Source: Eledone cirrhosa
Lineage: Eukaryota
Reading direction: 5' to 3'
DNA length: 64,000 nucleotides
NCBI GenBank assembly: GCA_964016885.1
Contig: OZ024745.1
Span: 25,296,001-25,360,000 of the forward strand
Below, one piece after another: positions 17,580 to 31,077 of this stretch. How positions within the stretch are numbered: the first letter of the stretch is position 1; every line of letters begins with the position of its first letter. The notes below the pieces were generated by a model. It had not been told where the DNA came from. It saw only the letters and a list, made by a program, of their open reading frames with translations, and did not search any database. The translations under genes and the position numbers were made by a program.

Positions 17580-18738
17580 GTATTTAAATAAATGACTGTA
17601 TTTTGCGTGTTTGTATGTCTTTGTTCGTGTGTGTCTCTGTATATGTGTGTGCCAGGGTATGTGTGTGTATGTATGTGTGTGTGTGTATGTGTGTGTGAGA
17701 GCAAAAGTCTGTATGTATGTGTGTGTGTATGTGTGTGTGAGAGCAAAAGTCTGTATGTATGTGTGTGTGTATGTATGTGTGTGTGAGAGCAAGAGTATGT
17801 GTGTGTGTGTGTATGTGTGTGTGTGTGTGAGAGCAAGAGTGTGTATGTGTGTCCTCAATGTATGCTTGTAAGAATAAAAATATCAAGTAAACGAGAATAG
17901 ATAGAAAGCGGAGAGGTGAGAGAGAAATAGAGAAAATTAATAGAGTGAGAAAGAGAAAGAGATTGAGAGGGGAAGAGGGAGAGAGAAGGAGGGGGAGAGA
18001 GAAGGAGGGGGAGAGAGAGGGAGAGAGAAAGAAGGAAAGAGAGAAAGGGGGAGAGAGAGAAAGAGGGAGATAAAGAAAAAGTAAGAGAGAGAGAAAAAAT
18101 AAGAGAAAGAGAGAGAGGGACAGAGAGAAAGAGGGAGAGAGAGAAAGGGGAGAGGGAGAACAAGAAAGAGAGAGAGAAAGAAGAGAGAGTAAAAAAAAAA
18201 AATGCTAGTTCAAAAAAGTATGACCGAATTTCCCACATTCCACATTAGTGTTGCCATCACCAACAACAACAAACCGTACTCACATCCGGCCACGGGACAC
18301 AGAGTCACGTGATTGTGGGATAGTCCAACCATTCATGGCTCACGTGCTATGAAACGGAAGACAGTGAGAAAACGAGGCTAAATGGAAAGAACTAGTTGTG
18401 TGTATGTATGTACTTGTGTGTGCGTGTGTGTCTGTCAGTGTGTGTGTGTGTGTGTGTATGCGTGAGTCTCAGTGTGTGTGTGTACGTGTGTGTGTACGTG
18501 TATGTGTGTGTTATGTGTGTGTGTGTTTGTATGTGTGTGTGCGTGTGTGGATTGGTGGACGATTAAAAGACTGAAGTGAGTGAAATATCGAGGAGAGAGA
18601 GAGAGAAAGATGAGAGAGGAGAGAGATAAAGAGGGAGAGAGAGAGAACGAAAGAGAGAGAGGTGAACTTTAGAAAAAAGAGAGATACTAAGCAGAAAGAA
18701 GAGGAAGAGTAATAGTATTATTATTTGAGATGTGAGAG

Positions 18739-18774
<36 letters not shown>

Positions 18775-18913
18775 CGGAAGAGAAAGAGATAGAACAAGAG
18801 TCATAGAAATATACATATATAGAGAGAGGAGGGAGGAGAAAAGAAGGAGGACGGAAATAAAGAGGAAAAATGAGAGGAAAAGAGAGAAGCATGAGGTAGG
18901 GAGGAGAAAAGAT

Positions 18914-18957
<44 letters not shown>

Positions 18958-19728
18958 GATGATAGTGAGAAATAAGTTAGAGGAAAGGAGAAGAGATAAA
19001 AGAGAGATATGGATAAAATATAGTGACAAACTAGCAAACGATAGATAGATAGAGATATGGAAGAGAGAGAAAGAGAGATGGATGGAAAAGAGAGAGAGAT
19101 GGGAGGGAGGGAGGGAGAGAGATATGGAAGAGAAAGAGAGAAATAGAGAGAGAGAGAGAGGGAGATTCTCGTATGGAAATAATGAAAGACAGGAGAGAAA
19201 CGAAGAAAGAGAGAGGGGAGGGGACAGAGAGAGAAGGGAGAGAAAGAGAGAGAGAGTACGAGAAAGGTGGAAATATAAAATAAAAATAGAAATATATATA
19301 TAGACAATAAGGGAGAGTTAAGCAAATATAGAGAAAAGAAGAAAGATTAGCAGGAGAGATAGAGAGAAGAGAGAAGAAGTGATAAGAGAAGAGTAAACGA
19401 AGAGAAAGGAGAGGAATTGGTAAGAGAGAGATAGAGTGGCAGAGACAGCAATAGAGATAGAGAGAGGGAAAGAAAGAAATTAAGATACATTTTCTCTCCT
19501 TTTCTACATCTATCTATCTATCTTTCTATATATCTATATGATAGGTAGATAGATAGATAGAGTTAGTTATGGAGGGGTAGTTACGAAACAAGATGTGAGT
19601 GAAATAGAGAGGGTTTGCGTGTGTGTGTGTGTGTGTGTATATATATGAGTGTGTGTGTGTGTGTATATATATGAGTGTGTGTGTGTGTGTGTATATATGA
19701 GTGTGTGTGTGTGTGTGTATATATATGA

Positions 19729-19761
<33 letters not shown>

Positions 19762-20175
19762 AGTGTGTGTATGTGTGTTCGTGCGTATGTCTGTATCTGA
19801 AGGTGAGAGAGAAAGAAAGAGAAAGAGAGAGAGCGAGAGACAGAGAGAGTATGTAAGTGTAAAGAGATTGAATACGTGAGAATTAAAAAGCGACGAAAAA
19901 GAGGTGAAGAACTAAAGGGATCTTGGCTCTTTCTAAAAGAAAAAAAATATATATACGAATGTAAGGAATGTGTGTGAGTGTTCCACTGCTTTATCTCTCT
20001 CTCGTCCTCTCTCTGTCGCCTTCTCTCACTCCCCTCTCTCTCTCTCCATCTCTCCGCCTCTCTCTCTCACGTTCGCTCTCTGTGTGTGTTCGTGCATTCG
20101 CGAGTGTATGCATATTATACACACACCCTCTCTTTGCTTATATATATATATATACATATAGAGATATAAGTGTAT

Positions 20176-20233
<58 letters not shown>

Positions 20234-20250
20234 TATATTATATATGTGCA
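17580..20250. repeat. Low-complexity (GT)n/(GA)n region with a short unique island at about 18230-18400
   Basis: Directly visible. Confidence 0.85.
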
Positions 20251-20408
20251 TGTAAAAATAATGAAAAAGACGATTTGTTATGTCTTCATTACGTTTATTG
20301 AATAGTGGCGCGCGTTTCGCTATTGATCAACTCAATGTTCGATCTGTATCGATCTAGCCCGACTCTGGAATCAAAAGGTCGTCGGACCTCTGCCGTGGTA
20401 ATAACAGA

Positions 20409-20479
<71 letters not shown>

Positions 20480-20484
20480 TATAT

Positions 20485-20531
<47 letters not shown>

Positions 20532-20549
20532 CGTGTGTGTGTATGTGTG

Positions 20550-20705
20550 CATTCGACGGGCTTCCGTACAGCTTCCGTGTAACAAATTTCACTGAAAAAT
20601 GAAAAAGCATTCATCAATCTCAAGCTGTAGTATAAGAGACTTGCCGAAGGTGCTGCACAGTAGGACTGAACCCGAAACTACGTGGTTAGGAAGTGTACTC
20701 TTACT
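20550..20705 (-). mobile_element. Degenerate CORE-type SINE (second family)
   Basis: Reverse-complement B box GGGTTCAGTCC and CORE-like CACCTTCGGCAAGTCTCTT. Confidence 0.6.
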
Positions 20706-20824
20706 AAGTAGCAGACTCTCTCATGTACTACATAGAGGTGTGTATTGGAAACGACTGGCGTCATAAAACTATATATGAATACGTAACAGCAAAATATAGA
20801 TTATATAATATAGATGGATGTACG

Positions 20825-21788
20825 TGTGTGTGTGTGGTGAGATAGGAGGTGTGTGTGTGTCTCTGTGTGTGTGTGTGTGTCTGTGTGTGGTGAGATAGGA
20901 GGTGTGTGTGTGTCTGTGTGTGTGTGTGTGTGTGTGTGGTGAGATAGGAGGTGTGTGTGTCTGTGTGTGGTGAGACAGGAGGTGTGTGTGCGTCTGTGTG
21001 TGTGTGTGTCTATGTGTGGTGAGACAGGAGGTGTGTGTGCGTCTGTGTGTGGTGAGACAGGAGGTGTGTGTGTCTGTGTGTGGTGAGACAGGAGGTGTGT
21101 GCGTCTGTGTGTGGTGAGATAGGAGGTGTGTGTGTCTGTGTGTGGTGAGACAGGAGGTGTGTGTGCGTCTGTGTGTGTGTGTGTCTGTGTGTGGTGAGAC
21201 AGGAGGTGTGTGTGTGTCTATGTGTGGTGAGACAGGAGGTGTGTGTGCGTCTGTGTGTGGTGAGACAGGAGGTGTGTGTGTCTGTGTGTGGTGAGACAGG
21301 AGGTGTGTGTGTGTGTGTCTGTGTGTGTGGTGAGACAGGAGGTGTGTGTGTGTGTCTGTGTGTGGTGAGACAGGAGGTGTGTGCGCGTCTGTGTGTGTGT
21401 GTGTCTATGTGTGGTGAGACAGGAGGTGTGTGTGCGTCTGTGTGTGTGTGTGTCTGTGTGTGGTGAGACAGGAGGTGTATGTGTGTGTGTGTGTGTGTGG
21501 TGAGATAGGTGGAGGTGTGTGTGTCTGTGTGTGGTGAGACAGGTGTGTGTGTCTGTGTGTGGTGAGATAGGTGGAGTTGTGTGTGTGTGTCTGTGTGTGG
21601 TGAGACAGGAGGTGTGTGGTGAGACAGGAGGTGTGTGTGTCTGTGTGTGGTGAGACAGGAGGTGTGTGTGTGTGTGTCTGTGTGTGGTGAGATAGGTGGA
21701 GGTGTGTGTGTCTGTCTGTGGTGAGACAGGAGGTGTGTGTGTCTGTGTGTGGTGAGATAGGAGGAGGTGTGTGTGGTGAGACAGGAGG

Positions 21789-21800
<12 letters not shown>
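20825..21800. repeat. GT-rich minisatellite with a GGTGAGACAGGAGG core
   Basis: About 30 or more variable-length units. Confidence 0.9.
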
Positions 21801-21822
<22 letters not shown>

Positions 21823-22187
21823 CGGGAGGAGAGGAGTATGTGTGTGTGGTAAGACAGGAGATGAGTATGTCTGTGTGTGTGTTTGTGAGAGAGAGAAAGA
21901 GACGGGAGGAGTATGTGTGTGTGAGAGAGAGAGAGAGAGAGACGGGAGGAGTGTGTGTGTGTGTGAGAGAGAGAGAGAGACAGGAGGAGAGGAGAGTGAG
22001 CGTGTCTTTATTTCTGTGTGTGTGTTTGTGTGTGTGTGTGTATGTGTGTTTGTGTGTGTGTGTATGTGTGTATGTGTGCGTGTGTGTGTGTATATGTGTG
22101 TGTGTACTTGCGGTAAGTGTTTGGGTTATATTTAAGCGTCGGCAATTTGTGAGACAAGAGTAACACACACGCACAGAGACAGAGAGA

Positions 22188-22310
<123 letters not shown>

Positions 22311-22780
22311 GTAGGTAATGTAAAATAGTTAAGAGAGAGACTGAATGTAAGATATTGAAATGGATAAAAGAGAAATGAAAAGGAAGAGAAATAGACGGAA
22401 GGAAATAAGGCATTGAAGGAAAAGTATATAAACAAGAGGGAGAGAGAGAGAAAGAGACAGAGGGAGAGAGAGATAGATAGAGAGAGAGAGAATAACGGAA
22501 AGACAGGGAGAGATAATTGTAAGAGACAAAAGGAGGGTAAGTTAGAGAGTTAGGGAATAGAAAATACATAAAGAGAGAGAAAAGTATGAGAAAGATGGTA
22601 GGAGAGAGAGAGTGTGAGAGAGGGCAAGAGAGATAGAGGTAGATAGATAGATAGATAGAGAGAGAGGGAGAGACAGAGACGGGGCAGTCAGCCTGAGTTA
22701 GTCATCAGTTAGAAGAAAGTTGACACCTTACTGCGTTGTGTTGGACAGTGAACGACTTGTTGAAAATAGTCTGAAGCAGG

Positions 22781-23293
22781 CAGTATCGCTGCTGTCGTTA
22801 CAGTAAGACCAGACAGTATCGCTGCTGTCGTTACAGTAAGACCAGACAGTATCGCTGCTGTCGTTACATTTAGACCAAGCAATATCGCTGCTGTCGTTAC
22901 AGTAAGACCAGACAGTATCGCTGCTGTCGTTACATTTAGACCAAGCAATATCGCTGCTGTCGTTACATTTAGACCAGACAGTATCGCTGCTGTCGTTACA
23001 GTAAGACCAAACAGCATCGCTGCTGTCGTTACATTTAGACCAGACAGTATCGCTGCTGTCGTTACAGTAAGACCAGACAGTATCGCTGCTGTCGTTACAG
23101 TAAGACCAAACAGCATCGCTGCTGTCGTTACATTTAGACCAGGCAGCATCGCTGCTGTCGTTACAGTAAGACCAGACAGTATCGCTGCTGTCGTTACAGT
23201 AAGACCAAACAGCATCGCTGCTGTCGTTACATTTAGACCAGGCAGTATCGCTGCTGTCGTTACAGTAAGACCAGACAGTATCGCTGCTGTCGT
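22781..23293. repeat. 33-bp minisatellite (about 15 copies)
   Basis: CAGTATCGCTGCTGTCGTTACAGTAAGACCAGA with alternating variants. Confidence 0.95.
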
Positions 23294-24079
23294 TGCTGCA
23301 CTGCTATTTTTAATGCTGCAGCTGTTCTTCTTGCCACTATCGACATTATTGTCATGCTGCGTTGAAGTGTTGTAGTTGTTGTTGTTCTTTATCCATAAGT
23401 ACGCCTTCATTACCAAGCAGAGAACGTCCTAGACGCAACAAGCTCGTTTTTTCCTTTCATTTCTATACAAGACCTGCCAATCTCTAAAAACCCAATCTCG
23501 AAAAAAAAAAAAAAAAGATTCACCAAAACGGGGAGAAATGAGGCATAATTGGGAGATTTTACACAACAAAAGCTAAACCCATTTTCACAAGAGAAGGCAT
23601 CTCTCACCCACCTCAAAGTGGGTGGTTGATCTCCACTTCGGACGGGGAGAGTTGATAGGTCTGGGATACCCAGGACTACGTTATTAAATGTGGTCGTCAC
23701 ATTTTGTACGACTGGTGAAGAATCATTCAAAAAAGAGATTTAGCTGCTATTTTTAAGATGTCGAATGACTGCGTACGGGCGCCCTCATTAGAGGCTCGAT
23801 TGTTAGACGTGTTTGTAGTGTTAGTGCAATAGTGATGACTGAAGTCTTAGTTAAGTATCAGACAACTACAGCCTGCGACCCACTTTCTATTCTTGGCCTA
23901 TAGATATCTCACTTCACTTATACGACTTAAATACACTTACATTTCTCTTGTAATTGGGAAAAGAATAGTTTCCTCATATTCCCAATCCTCTTTCACAGTT
24001 ACCAGAATAATTTCATTAAAAGTAGAACAGAATTAAAAAAAATTAGCGAATTGAAAATAAATTCAATTAATCTTTTCTT

Positions 24080-24500
24080 TCTAACATTGGAACAAGGCCA
24101 GTAATTTAGGTGATGGGGAAAGTCTATTATTTCACCCCAGTATTTTACTGGTTCTTTATTTTATCGATCTCAGAAGGATGAAAGGTAAAGTTGGCCTCAA
24201 TGAGATTTAAAAGTTTTAACTAAATACCGCAAAGCATTTTGTTCGATACTTAATCGATAATGCTAATCCACGGTCTCTAAATTTAATTAAATAATGGTTT
24301 CTGATTTAGGCACAAGACCAAACAATTTTATAGGAGGGGAAAATCGATTAAAACGACCCCAGTGCATTACTGGTACTGTATTTTATCGACCCTGTAAGGA
24401 TGAAAAGCAAAGCTAACCTAGGAGGGATTTGAACTCAGAATGTCACAGGGACGTGCCTATATTCCTCATAACATCTTGTCCTGCGCTCCATCGATACTGC
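24080..24500 (-). mobile_element. Two degenerate Meta-like SINEs
   Basis: Family motif present twice. Confidence 0.7.
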
Positions 24501-24649
24501 CCTCTAAATCGATTGAAACAATAAAATAAATGAATTCAACAGATAAAGGAGTTGCCTGTATGTCGGTTCTAATTGATTCAGTTGATAGCTTAATGATATT
24601 CAAAAGGATTCTTAACTTTTAAATATTTTTAATTTAAAGTTGTCTGGAC

Positions 24650-24891
24650 AGATTTTACGGGCAGAACCAACCGGCAAGATCCAGGGGTAGAGATCCAGGG
24701 GTAGAGATCCAGGGGTAGAGATCCAGGGGTAGACCCCGAGCAAGATGGTTGGATAACATCCATGAGCTTGGCTGGTCACACTTGGGGATCCTGCCGGATC
24801 TGTTGGAAACGGTTACTTCTGACAAGACCAGCTGGAAGGAGTGTTTGAGGGATCTGCCCCCCTCAACCCTCTCAGGAATATGTGGGCGCAA

Positions 24892-24921
<30 letters not shown>
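24650..24921 (+). mobile_element. 3' end of an RTE-type LINE with a (GAA)n tail and an internal 14-bp tandem duplication
   Basis: Translation RGRPRARWLDNI...DKTSW is typical of the RTE C-terminus; GATCCAGGGGTAGA x4. Confidence 0.65.
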
Positions 24922-24922
<1 letters not shown>

Positions 24923-25213
24923 CTAAGTTTAAAATCTTTCTCGAGCCTGGAACTCATCAGGCTGGTGCTTATCCCAGTTTCCGTGGCATTAAGTGACTGA
25001 GAGTACAAGACTCCTCCCTGAACAAGACGCTAGTTCGTCGCAGATTAAATCCCCCAGCTATTACTGGTACTCATTTTCAGCTGAGTATACCGGAGCAACG
25101 TGAAATGAAATGTTTTGACCAAGAACACAGCAGATAACCCAGTCAATGAATCGAACATACGACGTTATAATCGTAAGTCTTAACACCTTTACCAGTAGGT
25201 CACGTGCCTCCAC
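24922..25213 (-). mobile_element. CORE-type tRNA SINE with a longer 3' part
   Basis: Same head and CORE segment as 12290-12430. Confidence 0.7.
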
Positions 25214-25525
25214 AATCTAAAGTAGTAATGAACCCGAATTGACCCCCCCCCCCCCCAAAAAAAAAAAAAACAACAAAAAAACAAAAAAACACACACACAG
25301 AAACCAGGAGTAGCGAGGAAGACCGAGAAGTAACGTAATCCGCTATTATTTTTCTGATCATAAAAATTGTATTTCGTAGTAGAGTTATATAAACATACAG
25401 AAAAAGAGAGCAGTAATGGAAAGGACTATAAATGCCATAAATAAGAGCAAAAAGAGAGGAAGAACAAGGACTACTAGATAAAGGAAGAAAGAAAGGGGGA
25501 GGGGAGAGGGTGACAGAATCTGCAT

Positions 25526-25755
25526 CTAAGCCAGAACGGTGTTTCGGCTGCGCCCCGCGGTCAAAATGGCAAAGGCATTTCCGCGGACATTAGCCAGCGA
25601 CACATGCTGCGACAGCCACACTACCTCGTGGGGTTCCTTCCCCAGACGGGCTGCATTCGATCTGAAGTCAGCTGTCTGGTGTCCGAGGACGCCTGAGGTC
25701 TCGACGGTGACCGGTGCAAAGCGGAAGCGGCCGGACAAGCTCTGGTATTTGCTTC
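25526..25755 (-). mobile_element. 3' remnant of a CRE-like RLE retrotransposon
   Basis: KYQSLSGRFRFAPVTVETSGVLG...WLSQHVSLANVRGNA, matching the P..VET.G and SLA..RGNA motifs. Confidence 0.75.
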
Positions 25756-25786
25756 TCTTTCTGTATGTATGTATGTATGTATGTAT

Positions 25787-27700
25787 ATGTTATCTCTTTC
25801 TCTTAATTTCGAGTATATTTTTTTGACCGGCCACCTTCCTGGTGGCAAGGTTGTAAAAGAAAAGAAATTGTTATCCCTTGAATCGCAAGAATGTTTTGCA
25901 AATTTTGAAGGTGCCAGCTATCGCAGCCATTTGTAGACTATGAATTAGGGAGCTGCGCTTTTTGTCCGCAAATCCAAGCTCAGTCATACTTTGGTCCAAG
26001 CAGGTTGGTATATAACCCGTAGCTCCAATAATGATGGGTATGAAGCTAAAGGTGTATCTTGGATACTGGATTTGTAAACTCCTCATCAATGGTCCGTAGA
26101 TGTCCTCCTTCTCCTGTATTTTTCTGACAACGTTTACACAAGTGGGCAGCTGATCTCCACAACAGAACACGTTTTCAATGTGTGGTCCCAAACAACAATA
26201 TCAGGCCGGTTGTGCTTTAATTTGGTGACAGTTTTTATTTTCAGGTTCCACCAGTATTCCTTAGTGCCATCTGTCTCAATATATTCTTCCTCGTTTGTTG
26301 TTAATTTTGTTTTCCGAAGTGCGTTCCAGATGGTTCTAGCTATCCCATCGTGTCTCATGGGGAGGTAGTAGCGAGATGACATTCTTTCGCAGCTGGCAAC
26401 AATGTGGCTTACATCCTCGATCTTTGTTTTACATAGCCTACATTTATTGTCAGCTGCTGGCCCTCTTCTTTTGTGCAGCAGATATTTGGTAGGGAGTTCT
26501 TGTTCCTGTATTGCATAGAGATATCCCTCAAGGTGTGATGTCATAAACTTGTCGGAACTCCATGCCAGGCTTTTTGAGTAGTTTATCCCCTCTATTGTCT
26601 GTGTTTTACGCCTCAAGTATCCATGCACAATTTTTTCTGTAAATTGGTCAATTTTTTTAATCTTGTTTGAACATTGAATAGGATCTTCCGATTTCTCTGG
26701 GTGAGAGATTTATATCAGGCTTTATTCCATATCTTTCCTCCAGATCAGTCGCTATTCTAATGATTTTTTTTTTCATGCTCATAAACCTGGGAAAGATGGT
26801 TGCCAACCTTTTTCCTCTGTTGAAGGTGTTGCTTCAGTGTTACTATCCGGGTCTCATACGTTGTTAATATTGATTTTAGACCCCGACCACCTTCCTTGCG
26901 TGAGAAGTATAGCCTATCCACATCACCATTGATGTTAAAGTTCCCAGTAACACTGAGAAGTTTTCGAGTTCTAACATCCATCTCACTTAGTTCTTGCAAA
27001 TGTTGGCGTTAGAATTGGCACAGCATAAGTATTGTGGGCAATGTATTTGTTGTACGCTGACAGTTCTGATGACTATATTTTCTTTACTCTTCTGAGGTAT
27101 TCAGTTCTGGTTCTCTCCTTATTTATGGGTCCATCATATCTGACATTCTCATCCTGTCCAAGATATCTGTAGTTGTCACCTGACTGCAGAGGTTGTATTG
27201 TCAGGCCGTTCATCTCTAGATTTCTAGAGGAGGGCACAGCTCTTCCACGTTTTACTGCCAAATATGCACACTTGGACTCACCAAATTTCATTTTGATGTC
27301 GGTTGAACATTGTGTAATGAGGTCCAATTGTTTCTTGATGTCATTAGTATTTGGCCCATACAACTTCAGGTCATCAACAAAGAAAAGATGGGAGATACTT
27401 CTGGGCCCACTTCTTTGTCCACCTTGTTTCCTGAGTAGGTAAGATTGTGGATTCAGTGAGAGAACGAAGAGTAGCACTGACAAGCTATCACCCTGAAAGA
27501 TGCCCTTCTGGTAATGTATCTTATCAGTCTTAACTTGCTCCTTCTCACCTCTAAGGATCAAATTGGTGTACCAGTTCTTGGTCAGGCGTTCAACAGCAGC
27601 TACCAATGGTTGTGGGACTTTAGCTAACTGTAAAGCCTTAATAATCCACCCATGAGGTACACTATCAAATGCTTTTTGATAGTCCAGCCACACCACAGTC

Positions 27701-27702
<2 letters not shown>
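25787..27702 (-). mobile_element. 5'-truncated, frameshifted R4/Dong-clade non-LTR retrotransposon (RT, CCHC zinc knuckle, restriction-like endonuclease)
   Basis: [55 protein letters not shown]...HI...C, RHD, RPDIV...VVEISCP and PIIIGATG across ORFs 27073-27780, 26757-26999, 26134-26628 and 25871-26191. Confidence 0.92.
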
Positions 27703-27731
<29 letters not shown>

Positions 27732-27782
27732 TGTATGTATGTATGTATGTATGTATGTATGTATGTATGTATACAAGCATAT

Positions 27783-28318
27783 GTCAGGTCACTCTTCAGC
27801 GCTACTAGTAACATGTAACCCAGTACAACCTGTGATGGCAGGGTCGTCGGCGACTAAACCGGTAACCCCACCAAGCTTGCTTGGTGAGCAGGGTGATGTT
27901 GGACACCCTGCTGGATGAAAAACAAAACCCCTCAAAGAGCGGAGGAACTCAGGAGGGTCAACGGTCATCCAATGAAGTTTATTTATTTATTTATTTCGTG
28001 GAGCGAGAGACTCCTAACCTTTATTAAGTCATCTCTCTAGGAGAAGATCACTCTGATATAAAACCTGCGACTTCGTTTGCATCCAATGATGAAGACCAGT
28101 TCTTTTGGGGCAAATGCATTCGATGTTCAGAGAGTTGGATTGACCGCGTGTAATGCCTTTCCCCACTTAGAAAAGCTTCAAGCTCAGACATCGCTTGATA
28201 TGTGACATTTTTTGTGCGATTCATGATATTGTTGGCCATAGGCAAGTTCCTAGCAGGACTAAAAACCATGTCCGTGATACTCATGCTTAAGTATCAAGCG
28301 ATGTTGACGCCATCATAA
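27783..28318 (+). mobile_element. RTE-derived non-autonomous element flanked by (TATG)n
   Basis: The 5' part is shared with 54841-55373 and 56066-56586; (TATG)n on both sides. Confidence 0.7.
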
Positions 28319-28809
28319 TGTATGTATGTATGTATGTATGTATGTATGTATGTATGTATGTATGTATGTATGTATGTATGAATGTATGTATGTATGTATG
28401 TATGTATGTATTTATTTATTTTTCTAAATGTAAGCACATTTATTTGTATATTTACTTTAAGAAAATTTGATTTGATGTTTGTATATTTACTCTAAACGTT
28501 TAATATTTTCAGTCTTCCTTATCAATTAACCTTAATTCCTTGAGATAAATATAATTCCTGCTTCTACCTATTTCTATTGGTTCTTAGAATATATTTTCAT
28601 CAACTAATTAATTATTATTTACTATTAATTATCTACGTATTGACAGGTAATTACTCACTATAAATTCATTAGTAATTAAAACACACACACACATATTAGT
28701 AATAATAATAAATACAATGACCAAAATCCAGAGAGGACTCGATAAGGTTTGTATATAAATAGTTAAGGGTGAAAGCAGCGATTCTTTGCTTAAACTTTAA
28801 TCTGTTATT

Positions 28810-28878
<69 letters not shown>

Positions 28879-28992
28879 GATATATATAAGTATATATAAA
28901 TCCGTAGAGTATATATTTATTATTAGCAATAATATATATATATAACTCTAAACGAGATCGAAATCACTGGATATTGATCTAAACTCATATTT

Positions 28993-29588
<596 letters not shown>

Positions 29589-29617
29589 ATAACTTGTGTG
29601 TTACACCTCTATTCTTT

Positions 29618-29679
<62 letters not shown>

Positions 29680-29870
29680 TATGTATGTATACGTACATGC
29701 ATATATGTATACAGACGTACAGTAGCATGTATATATTCTATTCCATTTATCGTTTTCGGTGCGCCTGGCCGACTGAACTCACTCGATATGCAAATTAGGC
29801 TGCTCAGCCGTTAATTTTCATAAGGAAAGTATATACTTTCGGACGTTCAACCATCTGGCAGAAAGGTATA

Positions 29871-29911
29871 CGGTGCTGACGATAGCTAATAAGCTTGAAA
29901 CTAGTACATCG
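29871..29911 (+). ncRNA. Minimal type I hammerhead
   Basis: CGGTG-CTGACGA-T-AGCT-AATA-AGCT-T-GAAA-CTAG-TA-CATCG; all core positions canonical, with a palindromic stem III. Confidence 0.8.
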
Positions 29912-30570
29912 TTCCTGTGTCAGTGTTGAACAAAAAAAGGTGACGTGGTTGCCTAAACACTGTACGGCGTAATTCAGGCTGTTTGTTTGTTTACAAACGA
30001 ACAAATCGAGCATTATAATAAATGTTCGGTAAACTGATACGTGCATATATATATGTGTGCCTGTATGTATATATATACATGCTACTGTACGTCTGTATAC
30101 ATATATGTATGTACGTATACATACATACTTACATTTAAGTAAGTGCCGTACTAAGAGTGAGAAATGAAATTTCGTTTCATTCTATTCCATTTATATATAT
30201 ATATACATAAATGCCTTCTACAGGACTAAACAGTTTCATTCGTATGTCCTGAATATTTCATACGAATGAAACAGTTCTACTCCTGTAGAATTCATTTCTA
30301 TATATATAATAAAGATGCTTATACTCTATAATTGTATTGAGTGGCTTTTTTGCATTCCAAATCGTTACCAAGACTTCCTGTTTTCAATTTTCATTTCGTT
30401 TTTTTTTTGTTTTGTCTTTACTCGCACCTTTTTTCTCCGTTGTGATCCTGTCTCTATGTTGAGCTCCTGAAGAACGGCTTAAGACCGACACGTCCAACTT
30501 TCTTTCCTCTTTCCAGTATAAAGCATGAAACTAATAAGACTTTTTTTTACCACTGTTTGTTGTCTCCTTA

Positions 30571-30653
<83 letters not shown>

Positions 30654-30741
30654 CTCCATATATATGGATGGCCTCCAAAAGCAACGGTCACCTTTTTGAA
30701 AGGGTACGTCAATATCTATTTGTAAAACTGTTATATATTGT

Positions 30742-30806
30742 ATTTTGTCTGATGAAGGCATACCATGATTTAACTTGGTATCCTTGAAATATATATATAA
30801 TGAAAT
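30742..30806 (+). ncRNA. Type I hammerhead, family D (second copy at 50722-50785, - strand)
   Basis: ATTTTGT-CTGATGA-AGGCATACCA..TGGTATCCTT-GAAA-(TA)n-TA-ATGAAAT; the second copy has CTGAGGA and stem I ATTTTGT/ACGAAAT. Confidence 0.7.
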
Positions 30807-30843
30807 AAATATGGTTTTATAAATATAGTTTCCATTTATTAAT

Positions 30844-30901
<58 letters not shown>

Positions 30902-31077
30902 TATCCCGGGTTCAATCGGGGGTAACCACAGTAAAAGTAAGGTACCCAATACATAGCAGAGAATAAATACTTAATATAGAAATGGCTTCTACAGTAATTT
31001 CTCCCGAATGAAACAGTTCTAGTCCTGTAGAAGCTATTTCTACATTAAATATATATATATATATATATATATATACG

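Noticed and set aside
20670-20690. CCCGAAACTACGTGG resembling the array hammerhead 3' half
   Set aside because: It lies within the tRNA-derived head of a reverse-oriented SINE
22709-23416. 235-aa ORF with 11-aa repeats
   Set aside because: Explained by a 33-bp minisatellite; no splice or domain evidence
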